From assembly GCF_006345805.1 (NCBI RefSeq), contig NC_042999.1, positions 119,226,001 to 119,290,000 of the forward strand: DNA of 64,000 bases. Reading direction: 5' to 3'. Shown here one piece after another: positions 26,410-37,569 of the stretch. The stretch's first letter is position 1, and each line of letters begins with the position of its first letter. The position numbers and the translations under genes are program-made. The notes below the pieces were generated by a model. That model worked only from the letters and a program-made list of their open reading frames with translations. It was not told the origin of the DNA and searched no databases. The stretch is from Octopus sinensis. Lineage: Eukaryota.

Positions 26410-27329
26410 ATAGATAGATATACATGCACACGCACACACTGATACCTTTGTGTGTATGTGTATTTGATGTATGTGTGATTGTCTGTAAATGATTTTTTTT
26501 TTCTCACATACATTCAACACTGAGTTCTTTTCAAAGATCTTTACTAACAAAAATGAAATGAAGATTTTTATGATAAACAAAGACCATTAAAATATAGGAT
26601 TTGCTTAAAAATTGTTTTCTCTTCTACAATCTAATTTAACAGGAAAATCAAACAAAAGTTTTCCAGCAAAAAAAAAAAATAATAAATGACAAAAACAAAA
26701 TACAAATATAAAAAAAATAACAAAAATTGCAACAAACAAAACTACATTCAAAAATATTACCAAAACAATGGAAGATATAGCTGTCAAAAGTTACAATAAG
26801 AAAAAGATAGCAAAAACATATAATAAACACTATATGTGTTTACTTATTTTCTGCAAAATGAGACGACATTTATACAGAAAAATGGTTTAGAAAATAACAG
26901 AATGAAATTTGCATCTGAAAAATGAGTAACTCTTATCTATCATGTGGCCTAGATTCAATACATCTCTCTGAACTGGAGAGATTTCATAGAATTGCCATTA
27001 TAAATAAACTGATTGAATTATTGAACTATCAGCAGACTAACGCTTACAGATTTTGTAATACCTTTTCTAAAATATGCATTTTGCTTTTGCTGCTATATTC
27101 CTCAACATCTTTTGAATACAGTAGCAGGAACGAAAAAAAAAAAGATAAAAAGAAAAACATGAAAAAAAGTTAAAATTCTCATTTCTGTGGTTCTCCATGT
27201 AAAAAAAAATGTCTCTCTAGCTAGACTGCCTTTTCTCTCGTTTTATTTTTGTATTTAATTGTTTTTTTTTTTGAAAAATATTACTTTGTAATTTTTTTTT
27301 TTATGTACCATTGTTCTCTTTCACCTCTC

Positions 27330-27830
27330 CTCCTGATAATATTCTGCAACAATAGTTCCATCACCATTGTAACCACTACCGCCATCACCGCCACTGACAC
27401 CACTAACTAACATTGTTGCATACATCAACACAAACATCACTGCTGCTACCACCAGTACCACTAGCACTGCCACCTGCACTACTACCACCACCATCACTTC
27501 CACTACCACAGCAACCACTACCACAACCACCACCACCAATATAGTTACAATTACCCCAGCCAACATTTACTAACAAAAGCAACAATCACAACTGGATTAC
27601 CACTGCTATTACTACTACTACTACTGCTGTGACTGCTACTACCTCCACCATCATCCCCACCACCATTACCACCAACACCACTACTCATTACAACCACCAA
27701 TGGTGCCACTGTAGCCACCACTACCACCGTCACTGCCTGCACCATCACCATTTCCACCACTGCCATTGCTGCTGCCACCACCACTACAACTACTACTACT
27801 ACTACAAATAACATTATACACAAAAAGCAT
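27330..27830. repeat. (ACC/ACT)n low-complexity triplet tract
   Basis: Degenerate CAC/TAC repeats; yields poly-Val/Gly/Thr/His ORFs in several frames. Confidence 0.9.
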
Positions 27831-28639
27831 TACCATCATTGTTATAACTGGCATCAATCATTGTAATCTCATTGTAATGATATAATGCTTTCCAGAACTA
27901 TTGCTTCCACAATGGCCTCTGCTCCTCTAAAAGACCGAGATACTTCCAACCTGTCTAGGCACATCAGACATGCCTCTCTTCATTATCCATACTTTGCTTG
28001 CTTCTCATAGATTTCTCATTAATCACTCTACTTGTCCTTTCACAGAAGTATGTCAGTAATTTGAATTACCTTCCTTCCTGCTTCCTTCTCATAAATGATG
28101 ACTTAGAAATGCTTAGACTTTGAACTATGGTACTTATTTTAATCAACCCTGAAGAGATGAAAGATAAAATCGACCCTGGTGGAATTTGAACTCAATAATG
28201 ATAATAATAACAGCAATAATGATAAAGTAGTGGGGGAGCATCATAGACATGTGTTGAGAGGAATTCTTTGGGGTTTGAATAATTCACCTCTGGAAATATA
28301 GGTGTTTCGTTCATCATCCATAAACAAAGACCTTTTGAGTAGGATGGGCAACTCAAACTGAAGAAAATTCTAACTGGGCCCCACCTGCAAGGTCATGTGC
28401 TGTTTATCTTGATATGAGATCGCCATGCTGCACACATGGTTGTGATGCACGTGCTTGGTGTATCCTTATCAGATGGCTACTCATGATGGGTATGTTGGGC
28501 ATTGTATATTTTACCCCAGTGTCACTTTGATGGTATGCCCTGCTCTCTCACTCAATAATAATAATAATAATAATGCCAATGATAATAATAATAATAATTT
28601 CATTTATTTGCCACAAGGGCAAAGGAATGATGGAGTATT

Positions 28640-29660
28640 GGAAGCAGAGAAAAAAGGAAAAAAAAAGAAAGAAGTACAAAAAGGACATGAAGTATTACAC
28701 AACAAAGGACTATAGATTAACTTCATGTAGCCACAACAGAAGTTGCTGGAAAGCACAGGTGAGATTGGCTGAAGAAAGGAACACTGAAAAAAAGAGACCG
28801 AGAACACTATACTAGCAGTGCAAGACCAAATTTTGGCCACGAATTGGAGGATCAACCTTTGGAATAAGCAAGTGTCTCTGCTGTGCGACATCAGTAATAG
28901 AGTGCCCACATCATGAACGAATGCCCTAGACTTACCCAAAACCATTACAAGTTGTATTGACACGATGAGGAAGTGAAAGTACAACATTGGAAACTGTGAA
29001 AAGTGGGGGCTAGAGAGAGGCAAGACATGGTATGAGCATAAAACTGCAGAGAGTGGCAGAATCGGAGATTTGAAGGAGGCGAGCTGGCAGAATCATTAGC
29101 ATGCCGGGCGAAATCCTTAGCGGTAATTTGTCTGCAACTACGTTCTGAGTTTAAATTCTGCCGAGGTCGACTTTGCCTTTCATCTTTTTGGTGTTGATAA
29201 ATTAAGTACCACTTATGCACTGGGTCGATGTAATTGACTTAATCCCTTTGTCCTTGTTTGTCCCTTCTATATTTAGCCCCTAGTGGGCAATAAAAAAATA
29301 AGAATCAGAGATTTGCAAAGTCTTCTGAGATTCCCAATCCAAACAGATCAGGTGTTAGAGCATAACAAACCAGACCTGGTGGTGGTCGGCAAGATGCACC
29401 ACATGAGCTATATAGTTGATATTGGGTGCCCCTTTGACCCATGAATAGACAAGATGGAAGGTGAAAAATAGATAGATACAAGCCTTTTAAGTAAAAAATA
29501 GCCTGACTATGGAAAATGAAGGTGAAAATAATGCCAAATTTTGTTTTGTCATTGGGAACCGTATCAGAAGGATTCAAGAGGAATATAAAGGAAGTTGGAA
29601 TAGAGCACTAATACTACAATTAGCCGTCATTTTTGATGGCACAGGGTCAGCTAGTTAATC
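28640..29660 (+). mobile_element. R4/Dong-clade LINE 3' fragment interrupted by a SINE
   Basis: WLKKGTLKKETENTILAVQDQILAT (before SINE) and FPIQTDQVLEHNKPDLVVV...IVDIGCPFD...LGTVS (after SINE); RLE catalytic PD..D present. Confidence 0.85.
29073..29300 (+). mobile_element. SINE family A (long-tail form) with 15-bp TSD
   Basis: TSD agaatc(g/a)gagatttg at 29058-29072 and 29301-29315. Confidence 0.93.
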
Positions 29661-29663
29661 ATA

Positions 29664-30585
29664 ATCCTTTCTACTATAGGCACAAGGCCTGAAATTGTGC
29701 ATGAGCGGGATAGTCAATTACATTAACCTCAGTATGTAACTGGTATTTATTTCATTGACCTCAAAAGGATGAAAGGCAAAGTCAACCTCGACAGAATTTG
29801 AACTCAGAACGTAAGGATGGACAAAATGCTGCTAAGCATTTTTCCCAGCACATTAATGATTCTGACAGCTTGCTGCCTTAAAACATAGTGTTCCCATGCC
29901 AGGAATTGAACCTGGGTGAAAGTCAGGAATCCTAAATAATAATAATAATAATAATAATAATAGTTTCAAATTTTGGCACAAGGCTAGCAATTTTAAAAGA
30001 GAGGGTAAGTCAATTACATTGCCCCAGTGCCCACCTGGTACTTATTTTAATTAACCCCAAAAGGATGAAAGACAAAGTCGACTCTGGCAGAATTTGAACT
30101 CAGTAATACTACTACTACTACTACTAATAATAATAGTAATCCTTTCCATTATAGGCACAAGGGCTGAAATTTTGAGGGAGGGGAGCTAGTCGATTACATC
30201 GACCCCAGTGCAAAACTGCTACTTATTTTATCAACCCCAAAATGATAAAAAGCAAAGTTGACCTCGACGGAATTTGAACTCAGAACAGAAAGACCAACAA
30301 AATGCCGCTAATCATTTTACCCAGAATGTTAATGATGCTGCCAGCTTACTGCCTTAATAATAATAATTATCCTTTCCACTAAAGGCACAAGGCCAGAAAT
30401 TTGGGGGAAGGGTCTAGTCGATTACATTAACCCCAATGTGAAACTGGTACTCCCTTCATCGATCCTGAAAGGATAAAAAGCAAAGTTGACCTAGGTGGGA
30501 TTCAAACTCAAAATATAAGGAGGGATGAAATGCCACTGAGCATTTTGCCCAGTGTGTTAGCGATTCTGCCAGCTCACCACCTTAA
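29664..30585 (-). mobile_element. Cluster of four same-orientation SINE family A copies separated by (AAT)/(ACT)n
   Basis: Four repeats of cacaagg...gaaat...cgattacat...ctggtac...aaggatgaaa...gaatttgaactcag. Confidence 0.88.
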
Positions 30586-32079
30586 CAACAATCTGCTATA
30601 ATAATACTCTTGTGTTTTTCTTTGTAACCACTTATGAATGAGAAAGGAAGGGGTGATGGCAAAGTCGTAGTGGGAGCATTTGAACTCTGTGTGGGTATAT
30701 GTGTATGTATGTAAAAGAAAGGCATGTGAATGTTTGTGTGTGTGTGTGCACTGGAAGTGGAATGGTAAACATGCTGAAAAGAAAAATCAAACAGCGTTTC
30801 AACTCAGTGTGAGTATATGTGTGTGCATATTTGTATGTAAACCAGCATTCTTTCAGTAACAAACGATGATCAATGTCACATCTCAAAAGACAACCACTAG
30901 ATAACATTGATAAAGTATTAATTTGATTTACAATCCATATTTATATATATATAATATTACAATTAGCCGTCATTTTTGGCAGCACAGGGCCAGCTTGTAA
31001 TAATAATAATACCTGCTATCTCAAAAATGTATTCCTAACACAATGATAAGAAGAAAGGGCACTCTTGAAATAGAGAATGTGAAATATTGTGATTGGTTGT
31101 GCGGCACCAGTGGATATTAGTGGTATAACATATACTGGTGTTGACTAGGATTTGGTATCAGCTTGCCTATGCTTTTTGCCTCTTTTTTTTTTTTACCTTT
31201 CAGTGGCTGTTTTGTTGTAAGCAGTTATAGACTAGACATTGTTCACTGTTCTCAACCCAGTAGAATATGGTCTCAACTTTGACCCAGCAGAATATCCAAA
31301 ACTTCCTACATGAGGAAGCTTGAGGATGAGGAGTTTACACTCAGGCACTTGCTTAGTAGTGTGTTATTTTATCACCCCCAGAAGAACGAAAGGCAAAGCT
31401 GATCTAAAGAGCCAATACAAATACCACAAATCATTTTGTCTTGCAGTCTAATGAGTTAATGCTATAAATGTCAGGAAATAAATCTGATGAAGAATCGAAA
31501 CTTAGTTCTGGGACCAACTAACTAGAATTTTATCACAACTTAATAAAGTTGGCAAGATCTACTATCAACAGTTACAACAAGAACAACAATATCAAGAACA
31601 GCAGGAAGAACCGTAACAATAGTGGCACCCTGGTTGTCAATAATAAGTACAGAAACAGCCAGCACTAACTCAATTACCATAAATACCATCATCACTGCCA
31701 CCACTACTGTCACTGAAATGTTGTTTGTTTTTTGCAGCTTTTGTATATATACCAAAAGCAATATCATTCTCCAATATATTTTATGAGATTGAGACATCAG
31801 AATAAAACTGAATAGGTAGTTGGCATGATTTATTGGAGACTTCAGCTAGTTTAGTTAAAATTTCATTGCTTATATCCTGTGAGTAAAATGATTGAGGGTA
31901 TGAAGACAGAAAAATAGAAAGACATGTAAGGAGGACAGTCGGTGAAATACTGAAAGTATCAGGGTGAAGTGATGTCACACTAGTCACTAGTATAACTAAT
32001 CAGATTGTGCAGTAAGATGTCATTTCTGCTGTTCAGTGTCACAGCACATTGTAAATTTCTGCAAAGCTAAAGGAGAAAA

Positions 32080-32600
32080 CAGAATACATTTTGTGGCTTT
32101 AATAGATTAATTTATGAAGCTTAGTGAGATTAATGTAAGATAAAGTTGAGGTGCTTACAATTCAATTTGGCTTTGTGACAGACATGTAGAATCTCAGATT
32201 CTGTATTTTTGCTATGATAAATATAAGAGAAAAAGAAAAACTTCTTAATCAAGAATAACTATCTTAATTTTATTAATCTAATGAAGGCTTTTGGCAGAGT
32301 CTTATACATTATACTTTAATGAATAATGAGAAAGCCAAGCAGAGGAGAATGACTCATGAAAGCTGTTGAAATTATGATCAGTAATGAGTTTAGTAAGTAA
32401 TTTAATCAACTGATAAATGTACAGTGATTGGTATAAGGACTGTAGTCTAGGCCTTGCGGTAATCCCACAGATGTTGAGACATGAATATTTATGAGAATAT
32501 CTGAGAACTTGACAGCTTTATTCTCATTAAAGAATCTGTTGATAAACTGGAAAACAATTGAAACTTAGAATAGTGAGATTGGGTGAAGATACTTAAAGTG
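32080..32600 (+). mobile_element. Highly decayed RTE-type reverse transcriptase fragment
   Basis: QFGFV... and FINLMKAFGRV correspond to QFGF and F.DL.KAFDRV RT motifs; many stops. Confidence 0.55.
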
Positions 32601-32796
32601 TTCTTAGCTAAAAATGAATTACTAGTTAGTGACAGTGATTAAAAATCTTTTTAGAAACAGATAAACATAAAGATTAGATAATGCTGTTGTTTATAGTATA
32701 GACATGATCAATATTGTAGTGTACTATATTGAAGTGGTATTATAGTAGGATATAACAGGGAAGTTAGCAATATTGTCATGCACATAGGTGGTGAGT

Positions 32797-32978
32797 AGGA
32801 AGAATCGTTAGCACGCTGTGCAAAATGGTAAGTAGCATTTCATTTTTCTTTATGCCCTGAGTTCAAGTTCCGCCTATGTCACTGTTGCCTTTTATCCTTT
32901 CAGGTTGAGCACTGGGTTTGATGTAATCAACTTGGCCCCTCCCCCAAAGTGGCTTGTCTTGTAACCAAACCTTGAAAT
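32797..32978 (+). mobile_element. SINE family A
   Basis: gaatcgttagcacg...gagttcaagttccgcc...gatgtaatcaact. Confidence 0.75.
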
Positions 32979-34189
32979 CAGTATTGTTTTACACAGAATG
33001 GAAGTGGGCATTATTCTGAGTATACTACATGGAAATGGGCAATGTTGTGGTATGTAACATAGAAGTAAGCAATATTGTGGCTTTTAGACTGAAAGGAGGT
33101 GATATTGTGGTATATATATATAACATGAAAGTAAGTGATATTGCAGTATATAGAATGGGAGGAAACAATATTGTGATATATTACACTGAAGTGCCCAAAT
33201 TACCGTATTATTTCTCTCCATGCATTATGTCTGTTTATCTCCCTTCTCTGCTCCTGCAGCCTATGCAAGCATGTTATCTCTCTTCTCTTCACTGTCACCA
33301 GTATCATTACCACCATATGCTGTTATCTCTGTAGTCTCTCCAACTTGTGCACCTCCTCCTCTCAACCCTTCCTCAATCCTTACAGATGTTGCCTACCTTC
33401 TTCTCTCACTTACCCAATCTCTCCTCCACACACTCTTACAAAACCCCATCCTCTACTACACTTGCTACTCGAGGTGCCATCTGGACATCACATCAGCACT
33501 GTCTATCTCCTTGGAGATACCTCTAATTTATTTTCTCTCTCTCTCCGAAATGTTAGTAGCCATTTAGCTCCTCTTCAAGAAGAACCTGCTCTACTCTAAT
33601 CTCTTCCATCATACATTATCCTCTCATCTAGCATATGGATACAGCATCCTCCCTCCCTAGGTTTGATGATTTGCACACTACATGACAACCTTAATAGTAC
33701 TGGTGGCATGAAAAAAGCACTGAGTGCACACTGTGAAATGGTTGGCATTAAGAAAAGCATTCAGCCATGGAACCCATTCCAAAGCAGACACTGGAGCACA
33801 ATGTTGTCTTTGGATCTATTGACTTAAATGATCAACTTTAACTGATGATGATGATGATTATGTCTACGATGACGACGATGATGATGACTGATAACAATGA
33901 TGATGAGGATGATGATGCCGATGATAATGATGATGTCTAATGAAGATGATGATGATAATGATAATGATGATGGTGATAATGACAACGATGATGATGATTG
34001 ATAATTGATGATGATGATGATGACACATAAGCAAGCAGTACTGTTGAATATAAGATGTAAATTAGCAAGAATGGACATAGGCAATGTAAGGTTTACTCGG
34101 CAACAAGCAATAGGATCATATACAACACTGAAGTAGACAATAGTGTGGTGTACTGTACATAAGTAGGCAATTTTGTGATAAATATAGGG

Positions 34190-34401
34190 CAACAAGCTGG
34201 CAGATTCACTTGCAAACCAGGCAAAATGCATAGCAGCGTTTCATCTATCTTAATGTGCTGAGTTCAAATTCTGCCATGGTCAACTCTAGCTTTCATCCCT
34301 TTGGGGTTGATAAAATAAGTAACAACTCAACACTGGAGTCAATGTAATTGAGTTACCACTCTCTTTGAACTTGCTGGCCCTGTGCCAAATTTTGAAATCA
34401 A
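34190..34401 (+). mobile_element. SINE family A
   Basis: agctggcagattc...gagttcaaattctgcc...ttcatccctttggggttgataaaataag. Confidence 0.8.
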
Positions 34402-34404
34402 TAT

Positions 34405-34960
34405 TACGGTACACATGGAATGCGGAGAGTTACTTTATTGGAAAATGTTCCCTTTGAAAATGAAAGGAAGGGTTTATTAGAGTTGTGTAAGATCTGCAAT
34501 GCTGTATGGTAATGAGACATGGTGTCTGAAGGAAAGCAAAACGGAAATTTTGAGAAGGACCAAGAGAACAATGGTGAGAGCAATGTGTGGAGTGAAACTA
34601 TTGGATAAAAGTAAGACTGAGGACTTGATGGGGATGCTGGAGTTGGAGGAATTGGTGGAACCGCAGGTAAGGGTGAATGAGGTGTGGTGGTATGGACATA
34701 TGTTGAGGAGGGATGAGGATCAGGTTCTGAGGAAAGTGCTTGAGTTTAAAGTGAATGAACCATGAAAGCGAGGTTGATCAAAGAGGGGACAAGTGGAGGA
34801 GGAGATTGGGAGGGTTGGCTTGATGAGGGCGGACATCCAAAACTGGTTGAGATGGCAAGATGCTATGAGAGCAAGTACTGTAAGAGTGAGGTAGATCCAG
34901 CCACTCCTGTTAACGGGGACAAACCCAGATCTAAAATATTGAAAGTCATCATCATCATCA
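34405..34960 (+). mobile_element. RTE-clade LINE 3' end
   Basis: FPLKMKGRVY.SCVRSAMLYGNETW...VRAMCGVKL...WYGHMLRRDEDQVLRKVLEF, typical RTE C-terminus; followed by (CAT)n. Confidence 0.9.
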
Positions 34961-35791
34961 CATGGGTAACACAGAATGCAGAGGAGATGCTCTATTAGTA
35001 TTTATCATCATAGATTTAAAATTATGGTTTGCTTACATGGCTATATGAAAAAAAGGGTTAAATTCAGTTATACAGATGATGATATATTTAGTATTGAAGG
35101 GAAAGTTAGTGAAAACATGGTAGAAAGTAGTCAAGTGTAGAAGTTTTGAGTGCTATTAGCAATACAGATTTCACTTTCCTTACCACAGAAAAAAATGTTA
35201 AAAAATGACTACATGAAGTGTTTATGAAAAATATATTTTATGGATGTCAACCATGGTATTTTGAATTCAAAAGAACTGTAGCAGCTGGAAAAGAATTAGT
35301 TGAGTATGGGTGCAGAAACATAACAAAGTAAAGTGAAGGAGAGTTGAGCAAGTGAATGGCTAGTCTTCAGGATAAACAACTATACAGATACACATCCATC
35401 CATACATACATACACACATGCATACATACATACATACATATATGAATATATGCATGTGTGTGCATATATATATTTATAGATGTGTGTTTGTATTTGTATG
35501 CATGCATTATGTGTGTGTGTATGTATGTATATGTATATATATATATATATATATATACATACATATACACATATATATGCATATATACATATATATATAC
35601 ATATATGCATGGAAGATGGATGTTAAACGATGATGATATATATGTAGGTGTATATATGCATATATGTGTGTATATATGTACGTATATGAGTATAGTACAA
35701 AAAAAATAAAGCCTGAAGAGGAGGTTAAGAAAAAGCAAGTGGAATGTATAAAAGTTTTGCTTGGGAAAAACGAAATAAATGTTATAGAAGT

Positions 35792-35827
35792 CTTTTATGT
35801 TTCGAATATACACTCATCTTCTGAAAG
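35792..35827 (-). ncRNA. Degenerate minimal type-I hammerhead motif (same family as 52366)
   Basis: CUUU-CAGAAGA-U-GAG UGUAUA UUC-GAAA-CAUA^AAAG; stem I CUUU/AAAG intact, core U4A and G16.2A. Confidence 0.5.
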
Positions 35828-36499
35828 AAAGGACAGACAAAAACAGAAAAAAACGGAGAAAGAAAATGAAGAGAAGGAATTCATATGTATATAATTGTCA
35901 TAGTATGCTGAAAAAAAAGGACTGACGGACAGACAAACAGAGATATATAGATAAACAAACAAATAAATGAAAGTCACACAAATAATGTGGGAGTAAAATT
36001 ATAAGACAATGTGGTGACAGTGGTAACAAACAAATAAATAATACATCATGCCAGAGAAACTTAAGCACATGTGAGAAGATGCATATTCAGTAAAAATATC
36101 AAAGGAAGTAACAAGAAAAATATCTAATGCTTTGAGTGATGCTACTTATCAAATAGAGGAAAAAGCATTAAGAGAGGTAAGAGAAAGACGAAATTGTATG
36201 ATACTGAATTTAAGACATCAGGACATGTGGCATATCTGTGTTGTGTGTGTGTATACATCCATACATAAGTAATTATTTAAGCTTTGGCTATGTTCCTAGT
36301 TGTTTGCCGATGAAGCCTATGGCTACCTGGTGTCATCTATGGTATTTACACAATTCGCGCTGGATCTACCTCAGGAGTTCCTCAATGTTGATTGAGTATA
36401 GAAATGGGTACAGAAAATGGAATATACAAGAAACTTTGTGAGCTATAAAGTCCTTCGTATATTCCATTTTCCATCTCTGTCCTTTATTATATATATATA

Positions 36500-36775
36500 T
36501 ACACATACATGCAAGAAAGATCATGCCAGAAACCCCTTGTAAAACCACTGCAGACACTTTTTCAGAGTTTCCTTCCATGTGGCTAGCACTCAAAAAGCAT
36601 CTGGACAAATATCTATCTAAACTCCCAGATAAATGCACATTGTGGCAGGAGGCACAAAAAAGAGCAGCTCCATCTAACTCACTTTTGCCCCAAAAACAGT
36701 ACAAAAAGGAAACTAAAAACGATGAAAGGCAGTGCTCCGGCATGGCCCCAGCCCCTGGCTGAAACCGGTAAATTA
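36500..36775 (+). mobile_element. LINE 3' end (CR1/L2/Jockey group, clade unresolved)
   Basis: LKKHLDKYLSKLPD...RAAPSNSLLPQ, homologous to 58085-58440; 3'UTR gtgctccggcatggcc...ctgaaac. Confidence 0.7.
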
Positions 36776-37110
36776 ATAAAAGAACATACATATGTAGACA
36801 AATACATACATATATGTATACATATACATATATACTTATATACATGTAAATATATGTATATATATATACATGTCAATATATATATATATAATATAGGGGG
36901 TTTAGCTCACAGGTGATCTAAACGATTAGGTACACTAAGTAAGAGCTGTAACGTATTACTATGGCTCCAAGGTTATAGCCTAGATGGTAGTTATAGAGCC
37001 ATTGCAGATTTCCGATATAGCAGATATATAAGTATTAAAGAGGACAACAACTGTTAAGGCAAGGCAAACATCTCAAGTCACATGCATTATTATTATTGGA
37101 AAAAAACTCA

Positions 37111-37166
37111 GTCTTACAGCTGTTTCTGGGATATCCCAGAGTATCGGATATTCCATCATCGGAGAC
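37111..37166 (-). ncRNA. Type-I hammerhead ribozyme motif with U4C core change
   Basis: GUCU-CCGAUGA-UGGAAUAUCC..GGAUAUCCCA-GAAA-CAGCUG-UA^AGAC; 10-bp stem II with one mismatch, palindromic ACAGCUGU helix III, stem I GUCU/AGAC. Confidence 0.7.
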
Positions 37167-37569
37167 AAATAGGGAAAATGAGAAGGGTATAGATTAATGA
37201 AAAGATGACATAGAGGACAGGCGTAAAGGAATAAGGAGAGGAAGAAAGAGAAGAAAAAAGAAGCATAAAAGTTCATAATTCAACTTTACGATCTTGTAGG
37301 TGCAATCCTGCAGAAATCCATGCAGGTTAAAGTCCTGATATTGTAAACATCCAGAGAAAAGACGCGAACATATCAACATTCAATAACAGAATGGTAGCGG
37401 AGGTGGCTAGTAAGTGGTAAAAAGAAAGAAAAGTAAATAAATAGAAAAGAGGTTGACGGAGTGAGGGGTAAAGTTAAGTAGGTAAGAATTGGGAAACCCA
37501 CGTTAAGAAATACATCAAAAATGGCACAAGGAGTGACAGGGGGGGGGGGAACTACACTTCGTAGGCGAA

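Noticed and set aside
29664-30585. Regularly spaced repeats superficially like a CRISPR array
   Set aside because: Units are about 200-bp diverged SINEs separated by microsatellites in eukaryotic DNA; no cas genes.
31484-31510. Plus-strand CTGATGAAGAATCGAAAC resembling a hammerhead core
   Set aside because: Stem II would be one or two base pairs and no stem I pairing is possible.
36721-36775. GATGA...GAAACCGGTA at the LINE 3' end, and ctgaaacaagta in SINE family B tails, resembling hammerhead halves
   Set aside because: No CUGANGA adjacent to a pairing stem II; better explained as the LINE/SINE 3' recognition stem-loop.
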